Positions 1 through 10,255 of a stretch of 64,000 bases of DNA are shown one piece after another (positions within the stretch are counted from its first letter, which is position 1; each line of letters opens with the position of its first letter). The DNA lies in the IMG/VR virus record IMGVR_UViG_3300024182_000001, positions 1 through 64,000 of that record; one strand, written 5' to 3'. Origin of the DNA: a virus. Both the position numbers and the translations under genes were made by a program. The notes under the pieces were generated by a model that worked only from the letters and a program-made list of their open reading frames with translations, made no database searches and was not told where the DNA came from.

Positions 1-2
1 CC

Positions 3-332
3 CAGATCATCCTGGGGCCCGCGCCCGACGCGGCTTATGGCACCGAGGTGATCGCTACCATCCGGCCCAACCCACTTTCCAGTGGCAATAGCAGCACGTA
101 TCTTACTCAGAACCTGCCCGAGCTGTTTTTCGCGGGCGCCATGGTATTCTATACCGGCTATCAGCGTGATTTCGGCGCTCAAGCGGATAATCCACAGTCG
201 GCGCAATCATGGGAATCCCAATTCCAGAATCTGCTCAAGACCGCTGATGTCGACGCACTGCGTGCTAAATTCCAGTCGCAAGGCTGGACGCCGCAGATTC
301 CCAATCCGATCGCAACACCTTCGAGAGTATGA
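3..332 (+). CDS. hypothetical virion protein, 5' truncated at the window edge
   Basis: The frame is open from nt 3 with no upstream stop, and the gene is co-oriented with the downstream tail genes. Confidence 0.35.
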   Translation, partial: QIILGPAPDAAYGTEVIATIRPNPLSSGNSSTYLTQNLPELFFAGAMVFYTGYQRDFGAQADNPQSAQSWESQFQNLLKTADVDALRAKFQSQGWTPQIPNPIATPSRV

Positions 333-335
333 GCG

Positions 336-524
336 ATGAACTTCATATCCCGCGAACAAGTTATCGCAATTGTAAATGAGTGCGGAGATTGCAAAGAGGA
401 GACAATGCAGAGAGTGAAATCTTTATTTTCGTTTCCTGCACCGAATCCAAATTGGCAGCATAGCGATAAAAACATCATGGGCCAGACTGAGGATGAATTT
501 TGGGCAGCGGTTGATAGAGGATAA
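336..524 (+). CDS. small hypothetical protein (62 aa)
   Basis: Six-frame ORF tightly packed between structural genes. Confidence 0.3.
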   Translation: MNFISREQVIAIVNECGDCKEETMQRVKSLFSFPAPNPNWQHSDKNIMGQTEDEFWAAVDRG

Positions 525-527
525 AAA

Positions 528-2570
528 GTGCCCTTCGCCACCGTCATCCTTCGTCCTGGCGTCAACACGCAGCGTACTTTGGCGGGCAACGAAGCGGGTG
601 TGTCCCAAGCTAATCTCGTTCGCTATAAAGACCAAATCATTCAGAAAATCGGCGGTTGGGACTTATTCTATTCAGGTACATTTGGTTCGACCATCCGCGC
701 CATTCACGCATGGCAGGGCTTGACCGGAACCGGCTATCTCGCAGTCGGCACCACCGGCTCATCTGTTTCCGGCGGAGCCTTAAACGTCATATCCCTTGGA
801 TCCAATACCGATCTTTCTCCACAGACGAATACCTCGAACAACCCGCCTAGCTTCTCGGTTGCGGCGGGAAGCTGTATCGTTACCGTGGTGGACGCTAATT
901 CCAGCGCCTCCATTTATGATTCTGTCTATTTCAACACGCCTGTTGCGGTGGCGGGGCTACTCTTTAATGGAGCGTACCCGATCTATGCGGCTCTCGGCAG
1001 CAGCAGCTACCAAATACTTTCTACGAACATTTCCACTACGACGGTTTCAAGCGTCGGAACGCTGCCAACTTTCACGACAGTCGCCAATGATGCGAATGTT
1101 ACCGTCACGCTGCCGAACAACAATTTCACGGCAACGCCGGGACTGTTTCAGCAGTTCATAGCGCCCACAACTGTAACCGGCCTGTTGATCCAAGGCACCT
1201 ACGCCATCAATTCGGTCATCGATTCCACAACGTTCAAGATTACTGCAGCAAACCAATCGACCGGCGCCGGTACCGCTACGATGAACGGCGGCAACGCTCA
1301 GATTGTCTATTACGTGGCACTTGGACCACCTCCGGGTGCCGGCGGCTACGGTCTCGGAGGCTACGGTCTCGGCGGCTACGGTCTTGGCTCGCCAGTGCCT
1401 GGTGGTACAGGGACGCCCATAAATGCGACCGACTGGACCTTCGATAATTGGGGAGAAGCAATCCTGGCTTGCCCAACGGGCGGCCCGATCTACGTCTGGT
1501 CCCCGCGCTCCGGCTTCACAACAGCTTCCGTCATCCCGACCGCACCGTTTTTCAACGGCGGCATTTTCATCTCGCAGCCACAGCAGATCCTGGTGGCGTG
1601 GAAATCCGTGCAGACGACAGGGGTGCAGGACCCCTTGATCGTCAAATGGTCGGACGCCTTGAACTATAACGAGTGGACCATTTCCAACCAAACCGCGGCC
1701 GGGGCTTTCCATATCCCGACAGGATCAAAGATCGTCGGGGGCCTTCAGGCGCCATCACAGGGTATCATATGGACCGACGTAGACGTCTGGGCAATGCAAT
1801 ATGTCGGTGGAACGGTAATCTTCAACTTTACACGCATAGGTTCTGGATGCGGGTTGATCGGCATGCACGCTGCCGGGGTTATCGCCGGAACCGTGTATTG
1901 GTGCAGCAACAGCTTTCAGTTCTTCCGCCTTGGCCAGAGCGGTGTCGAGCCTATCCCCTGCACGGTCTGGGACTTCATTTTCCAAAACCTGTCGGCCGCC
2001 AATGCCACAAAGATCGTCTGTGCGCCGAACTCGGTTTTCAACGAGATCACCTGGTATTTCCCGTCGGCGGCTTCTACGGGTGAGAACGACTCGTATGTGA
2101 AGTATAATATCGTCGAAGGCGAGTGGGATACCGGCACCCTGGCGCGTAATGCTTGGGTCGACGTCACCGGACAGGGCACTCCGATTGCTGCCGATACCAG
2201 CCTGATCTACCAGCATGAGATCGGCTATGATAATGTCTCGCAGCCGATAAACCCGAACTTCGAGACCGGCTATTGGGCAATTGCCGAAGGCAACGAGATG
2301 GCTTTCGTCGACTGGGTACTTCCAGATATGAAGTTCGGGACTTACTCAGGGGCCAAGACTGCCAGTTTGCAGATCACATTCCTGGTTACGGACTACGCAG
2401 GCGACACCCCGACAGCCTATGGGCCCTATACCTACACGCAGGCGACGGAGTATATCACGGTGCGGTTTCGAGGGCGGTTCATGGCGATGCGGATCGAGAG
2501 CAGCGATACCGGGACATTCTGGCGCATCGGCGCGTTGAAGTACCGCTGGTCGCGGGCGGGGAGGCGCTGA
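528..2570 (+). CDS. virion/tail structural protein (680 aa) with a GYGLG x3 glycine repeat
   Basis: GTG start with an AGAGGA RBS. Large S/T/N/G-rich protein in the tail module; no recognisable enzymatic motif. Confidence 0.5.
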   Translation: MPFATVILRPGVNTQRTLAGNEAGVSQANLVRYKDQIIQKIGGWDLFYSGTFGSTIRAIHAWQGLTGTGYLAVGTTGSSVSGGALNVISLGSNTDLSPQTNTSNNPPSFSVAAGSCIVTVVDANSSASIYDSVYFNTPVAVAGLLFNGAYPIYAALGSSSYQILSTNISTTTVSSVGTLPTFTTVANDANVTVTLPNNNFTATPGLFQQFIAPTTVTGLLIQGTYAINSVIDSTTFKITAANQSTGAGTATMNGGNAQIVYYVALGPPPGAGGYGLGGYGLGGYGLGSPVPGGTGTPINATDWTFDNWGEAILACPTGGPIYVWSPRSGFTTASVIPTAPFFNGGIFISQPQQILVAWKSVQTTGVQDPLIVKWSDALNYNEWTISNQTAAGAFHIPTGSKIVGGLQAPSQGIIWTDVDVWAMQYVGGTVIFNFTRIGSGCGLIGMHAAGVIAGTVYWCSNSFQFFRLGQSGVEPIPCTVWDFIFQNLSAANATKIVCAPNSVFNEITWYFPSAASTGENDSYVKYNIVEGEWDTGTLARNAWVDVTGQGTPIAADTSLIYQHEIGYDNVSQPINPNFETGYWAIAEGNEMAFVDWVLPDMKFGTYSGAKTASLQITFLVTDYAGDTPTAYGPYTYTQATEYITVRFRGRFMAMRIESSDTGTFWRIGALKYRWSRAGRR

Positions 2571-2797
2571 TGGGAGCTTCTCTTACCGATCTGCTTTCGG
2601 CGATGCAGAATGGTGTCACAGCTATTCAAGGGCTTAGCACCAAGCTCGGAACGACATTTCTTCAGTCGGGTACAGTGGTATCATCCGCTGTCGCCACAAC
2701 GGGATCCACCATCACTTTCACGTCGTCACAGGCGGCAGGCTTTATCGCCGTGACGACATCCAGTGGGGCAGCCTATTACCTGCCTGTGTATCGATAA
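2570..2797 (+). CDS. small tail-associated protein (76 aa)
   Basis: ATG overlaps the upstream stop (TGATG) and is preceded by a GGGGAGG RBS. The protein is S/T-rich. Confidence 0.4.
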   Translation: MGASLTDLLSAMQNGVTAIQGLSTKLGTTFLQSGTVVSSAVATTGSTITFTSSQAAGFIAVTTSSGAAYYLPVYR

Positions 2798-2812
2798 AGG
2801 TAGTATAGTACG

Positions 2813-4228
2813 ATGGCTAGTCCCACAACCAACAAGGGATACCAATACGCAGCGCACGCTGGAAGTGTTGGCTCTTGGGATACCCAACTCAATGGAAATA
2901 TCGAGTACCAGGACCTTAACTTGGGCGGCTACTACTCGATCACGGCCAGTTCCTCGATTACAGTCGCTAATACGTTCAACAGTACCTTTGCGACCATCGC
3001 CAGCACCGCACAAAGCATCACGATGTCGGCGTCATTGGCACAAAACCTGTTTTATAATATTCTTGGAACGTTGCAGTCTTCGCTCACTATCAATATGCCG
3101 GCAGCGGGCTCAATTTATACATTTGGCAATAATCTGACCACTGGCACTTCGTATGCGGTTGTGGCGCAGCCGATCGGCGGCAGCGGGGTAACGCTGACTT
3201 CCGGAGGCCAAGAGATTCTCGTCTTTACATCCAGCCAGGCTAACCCGGCACAAAATACTTTCGGCGCGATCACGGCGCAAAGCGTTACGACATCCAGCGG
3301 TATCACAGCTACGGGCCCGATTACCCAGAATTCCAGCCAGTATGGAGCCATGGCGAGTGGCGACACCGCATCTCGCCCAGCCGCGACAGCCTCGTATTTT
3401 CGTTACAACACCACGCTCGGGCAGCCGGAATGGTCTGATGGCGTCTCATGGTACCCGATCGGCGCGCAGCCCATCGCTGCAGGATTCAAAAACCTACGCA
3501 TCACTAATGGAGCAACTCCGAATAGCCAGATTTCGCTTGCAGCCGATGCCGTAACGGTTGAGACAACGAGCGGAACCGCATACCGTTTGCTCACTGTCGC
3601 GTTCACGATTGATTGCACCATTACAGGCGCTAACGGCTTGGATGCCGGTGGATTAGCGAACAATACGTGGTATTCGGTTTGGGTAATCTATAACCCAACA
3701 ACGGCCACGACAGCAGGACTTGCATCCACGTCTGCTACTGCACCCGCAATGCCGGCAGGTTATATAGCAAAAGCCCGGTTGGGCTGGTTTCGAACCGACG
3801 CATCCGCACATTTTCATCGGCTGCTCCAGCTCGGTAAGCGCGCACAGTATGTGGTTACGGCGGGTAGTCCGACAGTAAAATTGCCGAACATCAATACCGG
3901 AGCGGTAGGCACATTTTCAAATACGGCACCTGTGTGGGGTACCGTATTTATAACGAGCGTGGTGCCTACGACAGCAAGCACCATATGGCTGGTTTTGACG
4001 GATGCCTATAATAACGCTACGGCAGCTACTGGAATGTACGCTGCTCCTAATAGCGCTTATGCGGGACGTGCTTCAACGAATCCCCCTCCTGTAGGTCTTG
4101 GCGATGCTTCTACTAGAACCGACGCCATCGTTCCTGCCGCCATAATGTTGGAAAGTACCGTGCTTTCTATCATAGCAAACCAAGCTGGAGGCGGGTTTCT
4201 CTGCCTTGGATGGGAGGACAACATCTGA
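2813..4228 (+). CDS. tail fiber-like protein (471 aa)
   Basis: S/T/N/G/A-rich composition typical of fibers, and it lies in the tail module. Confidence 0.45.
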   Translation: MASPTTNKGYQYAAHAGSVGSWDTQLNGNIEYQDLNLGGYYSITASSSITVANTFNSTFATIASTAQSITMSASLAQNLFYNILGTLQSSLTINMPAAGSIYTFGNNLTTGTSYAVVAQPIGGSGVTLTSGGQEILVFTSSQANPAQNTFGAITAQSVTTSSGITATGPITQNSSQYGAMASGDTASRPAATASYFRYNTTLGQPEWSDGVSWYPIGAQPIAAGFKNLRITNGATPNSQISLAADAVTVETTSGTAYRLLTVAFTIDCTITGANGLDAGGLANNTWYSVWVIYNPTTATTAGLASTSATAPAMPAGYIAKARLGWFRTDASAHFHRLLQLGKRAQYVVTAGSPTVKLPNINTGAVGTFSNTAPVWGTVFITSVVPTTASTIWLVLTDAYNNATAATGMYAAPNSAYAGRASTNPPPVGLGDASTRTDAIVPAAIMLESTVLSIIANQAGGGFLCLGWEDNI

Positions 4229-5055
4229 TGCCCCTCATAAAAAGTGGTTCAAAACAAGCCATCTCTACTAACATTCGAGAAATGGTTCGTGCGGGCCATC
4301 CGCAGGACCAAGCCGTAGCGGCGGCTATGCGGAATGCGCGCAAATACGGTAAAGGTTTTGCGGAAGGTGGTAGATCGTGGTGGCGCGATGATCGATACGA
4401 CTATTTTCCAGAATCGGAAAATATTGAAGACAGGCGCCGCGATCCAGCTCCATGGAAGCAGCGATATATTAAAGCGGCGCGAGAATCGGCGTTGCAGAGT
4501 CAATTGGCAGGAAGGGATACGCCACGCAAACTTGGGTATTTTGAATCTCACCAAGCCGATAAGGATGCTGAAAGCTTCGCTTCCGGTGGATCCTCTCCCT
4601 GGGAAGAACGCGCTTCCGGCCGGGCGCTCTCTCATGAGGGTATGATCAAAAGTCCTGTGCCGGGGCGAACGGATGCTTTGCCTATTACGGTGGGGGGTGG
4701 AGCTTATATCTTGCCGGCCGACCACCTTGCCGCCATTGGCCAAGGTAACTCAATTGCGGGCGGTCAGATCGCCAACCAAGTTCTGGGGCTTTCTAAGAAA
4801 GGCGGCTTGCGCACCCCGCGTGCCATCATCCATAAGCAAGGTCGGCTCAAGATGCCGAAGATCGCTTCTGGCGGCGCAGCGCCTGACGTCGATATCGTCG
4901 CAGCGGGCGGAGAATTCGTAGTTCCACCGGAAGTTGTACGTAGGATCGGTGGCGGCGACATGAAGCGAGGTCATTCCATCCTTGATCATTGGGTACTTTC
5001 TACTCGGAAGAAACATATTAGCACGCTCAAGAACTTGAAGCCGCCGAAGGTCTGA
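4228..5055 (+). CDS. hypothetical virion protein containing an FAEGGR motif
   Basis: ATG overlaps the upstream stop (TGATG) and a GGGAGGA RBS sits 10 nt upstream. Confidence 0.45.
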   Translation: MPLIKSGSKQAISTNIREMVRAGHPQDQAVAAAMRNARKYGKGFAEGGRSWWRDDRYDYFPESENIEDRRRDPAPWKQRYIKAARESALQSQLAGRDTPRKLGYFESHQADKDAESFASGGSSPWEERASGRALSHEGMIKSPVPGRTDALPITVGGGAYILPADHLAAIGQGNSIAGGQIANQVLGLSKKGGLRTPRAIIHKQGRLKMPKIASGGAAPDVDIVAAGGEFVVPPEVVRRIGGGDMKRGHSILDHWVLSTRKKHISTLKNLKPPKV

Positions 5056-5546
5056 TGACATCACCCTCCATCGTTCGCATCGCCGGTCCAACCGATTACG
5101 CCGAAGTGTGGCGCCTATTCCTGCAAGGACACAAGGAAAACGGGCAGTTCTCTTTAGCACCTCAAAAAGTTGAGTTCTTCGTCCGTCGCGCTTTGTGGCC
5201 CGAGCTTATTGATCCAACCGACATCGGCCAGCGCGGGGTGATCGGCGTCATCGGCGATGTCGGAAACCTGGAAGCTCTGGCATTTCTCGTTATCGGCGAG
5301 GTGTGGTACACCAACGACAAGCACCTTGGTGATTGCTTTGTCTTCGTGGATCAAGAGCATCGCAAGTCGCGGCACGCCAAGGCGCTGCTCGAATGGATGT
5401 GTGGGCAAGCAACCCAAACCAAACTGCCGCTGATGAGCGGGGTAGTCTCGTCGGAACGAACGGAAGCCAAGTGCGCACTCTATCGTCGCATGTTTCCGAA
5501 GGTTGGCGAGTTTTTCATGTGGAGCCCGACGGTTCCAAGTACCTGA
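5055..5546 (+). CDS. GNAT-family acetyltransferase-like protein
   Basis: ATGA start/stop overlap. A VFVDQEHRKSRHAKALLEW segment resembles GNAT motif A. Confidence 0.4.
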   Translation: MTSPSIVRIAGPTDYAEVWRLFLQGHKENGQFSLAPQKVEFFVRRALWPELIDPTDIGQRGVIGVIGDVGNLEALAFLVIGEVWYTNDKHLGDCFVFVDQEHRKSRHAKALLEWMCGQATQTKLPLMSGVVSSERTEAKCALYRRMFPKVGEFFMWSPTVPST

Positions 5547-5560
5547 GAAAGCGTTAGGCC

Positions 5561-8500
5561 ATGGGTTCCTTCTGCTCCAGCCCCACGACGGTTAATCAAA
5601 CCCAGACATACACTCCCAACCCCTACGCTGCGGGCGCAATTACTGGGTCCTTGAACCAGGCCCAAAACGTCGCGCAGACGCCATTCCACACCCCGGTGGC
5701 TCCCGTCGCTGGTTTCTCTCCGGATCAGTACAACGCCTTTCAAGGCGTGCGGAATGCACAGGGACAGGCGCAGCCTTATCTTGATCAAGCTCAAAATTAT
5801 TTTGCTGGCAATAACGTCAGCCAGTTCCTCAATCCCTTCGCTTCCAACGTCATGGCCGGCTTGAAGGATGTTTTCGGCCAGCAGCAACAGCAGACGACTG
5901 GAAACCTCACCCAGCAAGCCGGCGGTGTCGGTGCCGATCGCATCGCGGTGGGACAAGCCGATCTGGCCAAGCAGCAGGGACTCGCAGCCGGTCAGACATT
6001 GGCAGGCTTGTATCAACCTGCTCTAGCGGCTTCCCAGAATGCCGGCTTCGGTATCGGGGCGCTCGGGCCCGTCGCCCAGAACGCCGCGCTGCAGGGCTCG
6101 CAAGCGATGCTTGGGACCGGTGGATTACAGCAGCAACTAGCCCAAGCGCAGATGAATGCGCCATATCAGAACCAGCTCGCTGCGATCCAGTGGCCCTACC
6201 AGAATGCCCAGTTCGGCGCCAACATTACTGGAGCGCTCGCGCCAGGGCTGGGAGGAACAACTGCTGGCGGCACGAAATATCCGCCCGCAAGTCCGTGGGG
6301 CACGATCGCCGGGCTCGGGATGGCGGGTGCTGGGGTTTATGGCGTCGGCAATCAGAACGGATGGTGGAGTGGAAGCGGTGGAGGTACGTCGGGAGTCGAT
6401 CCATCGGGGAATCCGTATGCGTCTGGCGGCGTCGTTGGTTATGCCGATGGCGGCGGCGAAGACAGCGTGGATGACCAAATCCATTCCGCCGAGATCAAGG
6501 AATTACAGGATGCTGGGAACCCAGCAGTGGGCGGGATTCACGCGCAACCGATGAGCGGCTCGGCTCCGATCAACGTTGCGGCGCAATCGATGATCCCTAA
6601 CGGGCAAATTCAAGCCATCCAACCGCACATTCCCCAGCTTTCGTCTCCTCAACAAGGCGGGAGTGGAAGCGGTGGCATCGGTATGGGCGACATCGTCAAA
6701 ATGGCGACAGCAGTTGCGCCCTTGCTGCTCAACCGTGGCGGCGCAGTATCCAGCTATGCCGAAGGCGGTGTAGCCAAGGGTGACGAGAACAGCGGCAACT
6801 CGCCCTATTACGATAAGTTCCTGCGCGCCTTGCGCCACATCCGTGAGTCGATGGATCCGGTACCGCAAACCGGCTCGCTTGGCTCCGACATGCTGGCGGC
6901 GCTCCCGTTCGCATCCACGGCCCTGCGTCCAAGCGCTGTGCGCCTGACACCGACCAACCGGCCCGATCCACAATTACAGATGCGCGGACGCTTTACTCGC
7001 CTGCAAGACAGCGGCGCCTATATGCAGCATCCAGCCGTCGGCAAAGCCGGCCCCATCTGGGCCGGGCAACTAGCGGCAAACGCGTATCAGCACCATCCGG
7101 AAGATAGCGCGCCTGAAGTGCGACATGATGACACACCCGAAGTTTCCAACCCATTCGCCGATCGCTTTGGTGAGATGGCGCCTGCTTCCGAGCCGGGACC
7201 GCGACAAGATCCGCTATTCGCACAAAGCGCCATGCACGATATGCCTCCTTCACGTGAGGAAGCGGTATCGAGCCATGTCCCTATTCCGCGCTCCAACCCG
7301 TTTGTGGGACCGGCGCTGCAGCACGAAGCAAGGAAGCGCGCGGCTCTAGCCCCAATAGAAGAATTCCGCGCGCCGCCTTATCGGGCTTCGCACATGGCGG
7401 ACGGAGGTGTTCCGGATGAGGCTCCGGCATGGCCCTTTCTGGAGGGAATAGGACACGACACGCCCGATTTGGCGCCGTCGGTGCCGGAGTATGCGCGTCG
7501 CGGCCCACTACGTAGCATGGCTGCCGGCCGCCCCGTCGCGGATTGGCGCCAGCGCGATCCAGAAGCGGCTGCACAGGAAACCGGAGAGAAATGGCGAGAT
7601 ATCTATAACGATCCAGCAGGATCGGTAGAGGGCTTGGGGCTTACTGGGCAGATTATCGGTTCGGCAATCCGCAACGCTTCTCCGAATGCCGCACAAGCGG
7701 AGCCTGCAGGTGGCAAGAAAACTCAGCCAAAACAGTCAGCAAATATACAGCCTGACCCCGAACTCCTAAAAGAACAAAAGGCGCTTGCCGCAGAAGGATT
7801 TTATGAAGGCGTGCCCGATGGGCTACCCGGCGTTAAAACGCAAAATGCACGCAAGGCATATCGTGAAGCACAAGAAAGGTTGCGGCAGCAAGAACTTGAC
7901 AAGCTAAAGCTCGGCGCCACCACACAAACAGAAACAAATAAAACGCTGGAATTGAAAAACCAGCAAACTTTGCTTGAACAGCAAGGGCAAGAAAACGAGA
8001 GAAAAGAACAAGAGCGAAAAGAAGGCTTGGAACGGCTGCGTGAAGCAGAAAAGAATCTGCCATTTCGCGATCGAATGATGCGCGATTACGGACACCAGAT
8101 AGGTGGTCTTGGTGGAACTATGGCTGGCGCTATTATGCGCTATACAGCAAAAAAAGGAGGCGACTTATTTGCCGCGCGGCAGGCTGCACAAGCGGAAAAA
8201 ATTCTTGGTAATCCTACAGGCCCTGTGACTGCGGAAAATCTCGCCGAGCGTATCGGTAAAACTAATGATTGGTGGCGTAAAGGCGGCGGCAAAGAGCCGT
8301 TTGTCTCAACCCCGTTCAAAAATCCTGGCGCTGCCGTGAATGTTGATAAGAACGGTGTGCCGATTGGTACGCCGATCGGGCAACTATTCCAGCATGGCAA
8401 GATCGCACCGAAAGTCGTTGACACTGGCGCTCTTGGAACCATCGGAGCCACGGGTTACCTTAATGATGATTACGACGCTGCAAGAGAAAGATTTAATAAA

Positions 8501-10252
8501 GCCAAACTTGATGTCGATGAAAAACCATCTGATGTAAATATTGAAGCGTATCTTACTGCAAGACGCCACCTGGATAACGCAGAAGCAAAAAGATACGCAG
8601 TCGGCAGCGCAGCTGGTTCATATGTTGGATCTAGCATCTATAAGCCTCGAAGGCCAATTATACCTCCCACCGATGTGGCGGATAAAACAAAGCTGGAGAT
8701 TGAAAGATTCCTGCGTGAGGGTGAGAGCGCTGCGCAACGAGCGGCAAAAGCAGCGGCTACGCGCCAAGCTCGAAAAATGGCGGAAGCTGCTAAAGTCGAA
8801 TCGGGTGCGGCAGCTAATGAGACCGCGACGGCGCTGCCGTCTAACCCGCTGCGCAAATTTGATAACCAAGGCAATCTTATCAAAAGTAGATCCAAGCCCG
8901 CATCAAAGCAAACGCGCAAAAAGAAAGTGGAAACTCCTCCGATTGAGGAAACGCCTATTTCTGAATCGCCAACCATGCAGGCATCCGGCGGTCGCGTTAA
9001 TCCTTACGCTGGCAAGTTCGAAGCTGCCGGAGCAGTTCCCTTTCTTGACTATGCACGGCCTTCTTATGGTGCATCATTTCAATCTGCTGAAGCGCCGGGC
9101 ATTGCGAAAGAAAACACCTGGCTTGATGATACGCTCGAAGGCATTCGTAGCAGCACGCCTCCTGGAGGCATTCCCATCGGCTATAAGTTTCCAACGCTGG
9201 GCAATGGCAAATCGCCTGTAGCGCCACAAGATGGCGTGTCGCCGATCGCCAGCAGCACGCGTCTGGATGATGAAGGTGATTCATCCAATGACGGCGAACA
9301 TCCATCCTATCTTCGGGCGGATCAAGGAAGCACCAACGGGGCAAATCCTTATGCCGCCAGCATGCCGAAGCGAGGGAAAGATCTGATCGACAATCCGTGG
9401 ATGGCCTTGGTCCAAGCCGGCCTTGGAACCATGGCGGCTGCGGGGACGCGTGACGCACGCGGTTTACCAACAAGCCCAATGGCTGCCATCGGCCAAGGCG
9501 GTATGAAGGGGATGGAGGCGCTCAGGGAGCAGCAGGCAGCCGGGATCAAGCAGCAGTCGATCGAACAGGCGGCTAAGCGGCTTGATCAGCAGGCTCAGTT
9601 TCATCAGGATCAGTTTAAGGCGAATGAGGCTTACCGGCAGCAGCGATTGAAAAATGAGGATCGTAGAAATGCGGAGTTAGAAAACTATCGCGCTGCTGTG
9701 CTTGCTGGAAAAACGCCTGCAAGCGGAAAGCCGCTTCCATCACCGATCCAGAAGGACCTTGGCGAGAAAGCACAAACCTTCCAGACGCTCGATTCACTCT
9801 CCACCGGCTTCAAGCCTGAATACTCAGGATGGGGTTCATCTGGAGTGGGCGATGCTGCCAACTGGGCTGCTCGGCAACTAGGTATGGGCAATAAAGATGC
9901 TGCCGACTGGTGGCAACAGTATCAAGCGTATCGCAATACGGTACGTCACAAGCTGTTTGGTTCAGCGCTGACTCAAACAGAAGCGGCTGAGTGGGAAAAG
10001 CAGGACATTAATCCTGGCACACAGCCGGATGTGATCCAAGGCAATCTAAAGCGACAAACGAAGATCATCGAAAGCGCCATGGAGCGTCGCGCAAAGTCGC
10101 TGACTGCGCAGGGTTACTCGAAGGAAGCAATTGAAGCCGAACTTGGGCGTCCTCTTGGAGGCTCGACAGAACCGAAAGTAGGCGAGCGCAAGCAGTTCAA
10201 ACAAGGTTGGGGTGTTTGGAACGGTAAAGAGTGGGAAGCTGCAAAGGACTAG
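5561..10252 (+). CDS. giant internal virion/ejection-type protein (1563 aa) with a putative peptidoglycan-binding domain
   Basis: Q/G/A-rich low-complexity protein. An EQKALAAEGFYEGVPDGLPGVKTQNARKAYREAQ segment matches the PG_binding_1 consensus. Contains several (Y/F)AxGG(R/V) motifs. Confidence 0.6.
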   Translation: MGSFCSSPTTVNQTQTYTPNPYAAGAITGSLNQAQNVAQTPFHTPVAPVAGFSPDQYNAFQGVRNAQGQAQPYLDQAQNYFAGNNVSQFLNPFASNVMAGLKDVFGQQQQQTTGNLTQQAGGVGADRIAVGQADLAKQQGLAAGQTLAGLYQPALAASQNAGFGIGALGPVAQNAALQGSQAMLGTGGLQQQLAQAQMNAPYQNQLAAIQWPYQNAQFGANITGALAPGLGGTTAGGTKYPPASPWGTIAGLGMAGAGVYGVGNQNGWWSGSGGGTSGVDPSGNPYASGGVVGYADGGGEDSVDDQIHSAEIKELQDAGNPAVGGIHAQPMSGSAPINVAAQSMIPNGQIQAIQPHIPQLSSPQQGGSGSGGIGMGDIVKMATAVAPLLLNRGGAVSSYAEGGVAKGDENSGNSPYYDKFLRALRHIRESMDPVPQTGSLGSDMLAALPFASTALRPSAVRLTPTNRPDPQLQMRGRFTRLQDSGAYMQHPAVGKAGPIWAGQLAANAYQHHPEDSAPEVRHDDTPEVSNPFADRFGEMAPASEPGPRQDPLFAQSAMHDMPPSREEAVSSHVPIPRSNPFVGPALQHEARKRAALAPIEEFRAPPYRASHMADGGVPDEAPAWPFLEGIGHDTPDLAPSVPEYARRGPLRSMAAGRPVADWRQRDPEAAAQETGEKWRDIYNDPAGSVEGLGLTGQIIGSAIRNASPNAAQAEPAGGKKTQPKQSANIQPDPELLKEQKALAAEGFYEGVPDGLPGVKTQNARKAYREAQERLRQQELDKLKLGATTQTETNKTLELKNQQTLLEQQGQENERKEQERKEGLERLREAEKNLPFRDRMMRDYGHQIGGLGGTMAGAIMRYTAKKGGDLFAARQAAQAEKILGNPTGPVTAENLAERIGKTNDWWRKGGGKEPFVSTPFKNPGAAVNVDKNGVPIGTPIGQLFQHGKIAPKVVDTGALGTIGATGYLNDDYDAARERFNKAKLDVDEKPSDVNIEAYLTARRHLDNAEAKRYAVGSAAGSYVGSSIYKPRRPIIPPTDVADKTKLEIERFLREGESAAQRAAKAAATRQARKMAEAAKVESGAAANETATALPSNPLRKFDNQGNLIKSRSKPASKQTRKKKVETPPIEETPISESPTMQASGGRVNPYAGKFEAAGAVPFLDYARPSYGASFQSAEAPGIAKENTWLDDTLEGIRSSTPPGGIPIGYKFPTLGNGKSPVAPQDGVSPIASSTRLDDEGDSSNDGEHPSYLRADQGSTNGANPYAASMPKRGKDLIDNPWMALVQAGLGTMAAAGTRDARGLPTSPMAAIGQGGMKGMEALREQQAAGIKQQSIEQAAKRLDQQAQFHQDQFKANEAYRQQRLKNEDRRNAELENYRAAVLAGKTPASGKPLPSPIQKDLGEKAQTFQTLDSLSTGFKPEYSGWGSSGVGDAANWAARQLGMGNKDAADWWQQYQAYRNTVRHKLFGSALTQTEAAEWEKQDINPGTQPDVIQGNLKRQTKIIESAMERRAKSLTAQGYSKEAIEAELGRPLGGSTEPKVGERKQFKQGWGVWNGKEWEAAKD

Positions 10253-10255
10253 GTT

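Noticed and set aside
1047-1712. Long antisense ORFs inside large genes (examples: 1047..1712 -, 6503..6973 -, 17604..18080 +, 21142..21813 +, 21850..22674 +, 28135..28635 +, 31081..31506 -, 38679..39260 +)
   Set aside because: They lie opposite well-supported genes with recognisable motifs. They have Arg/Pro/Gly-rich compositions, which are typical of spurious frames in GC-rich DNA. They also lack RBS sequences.
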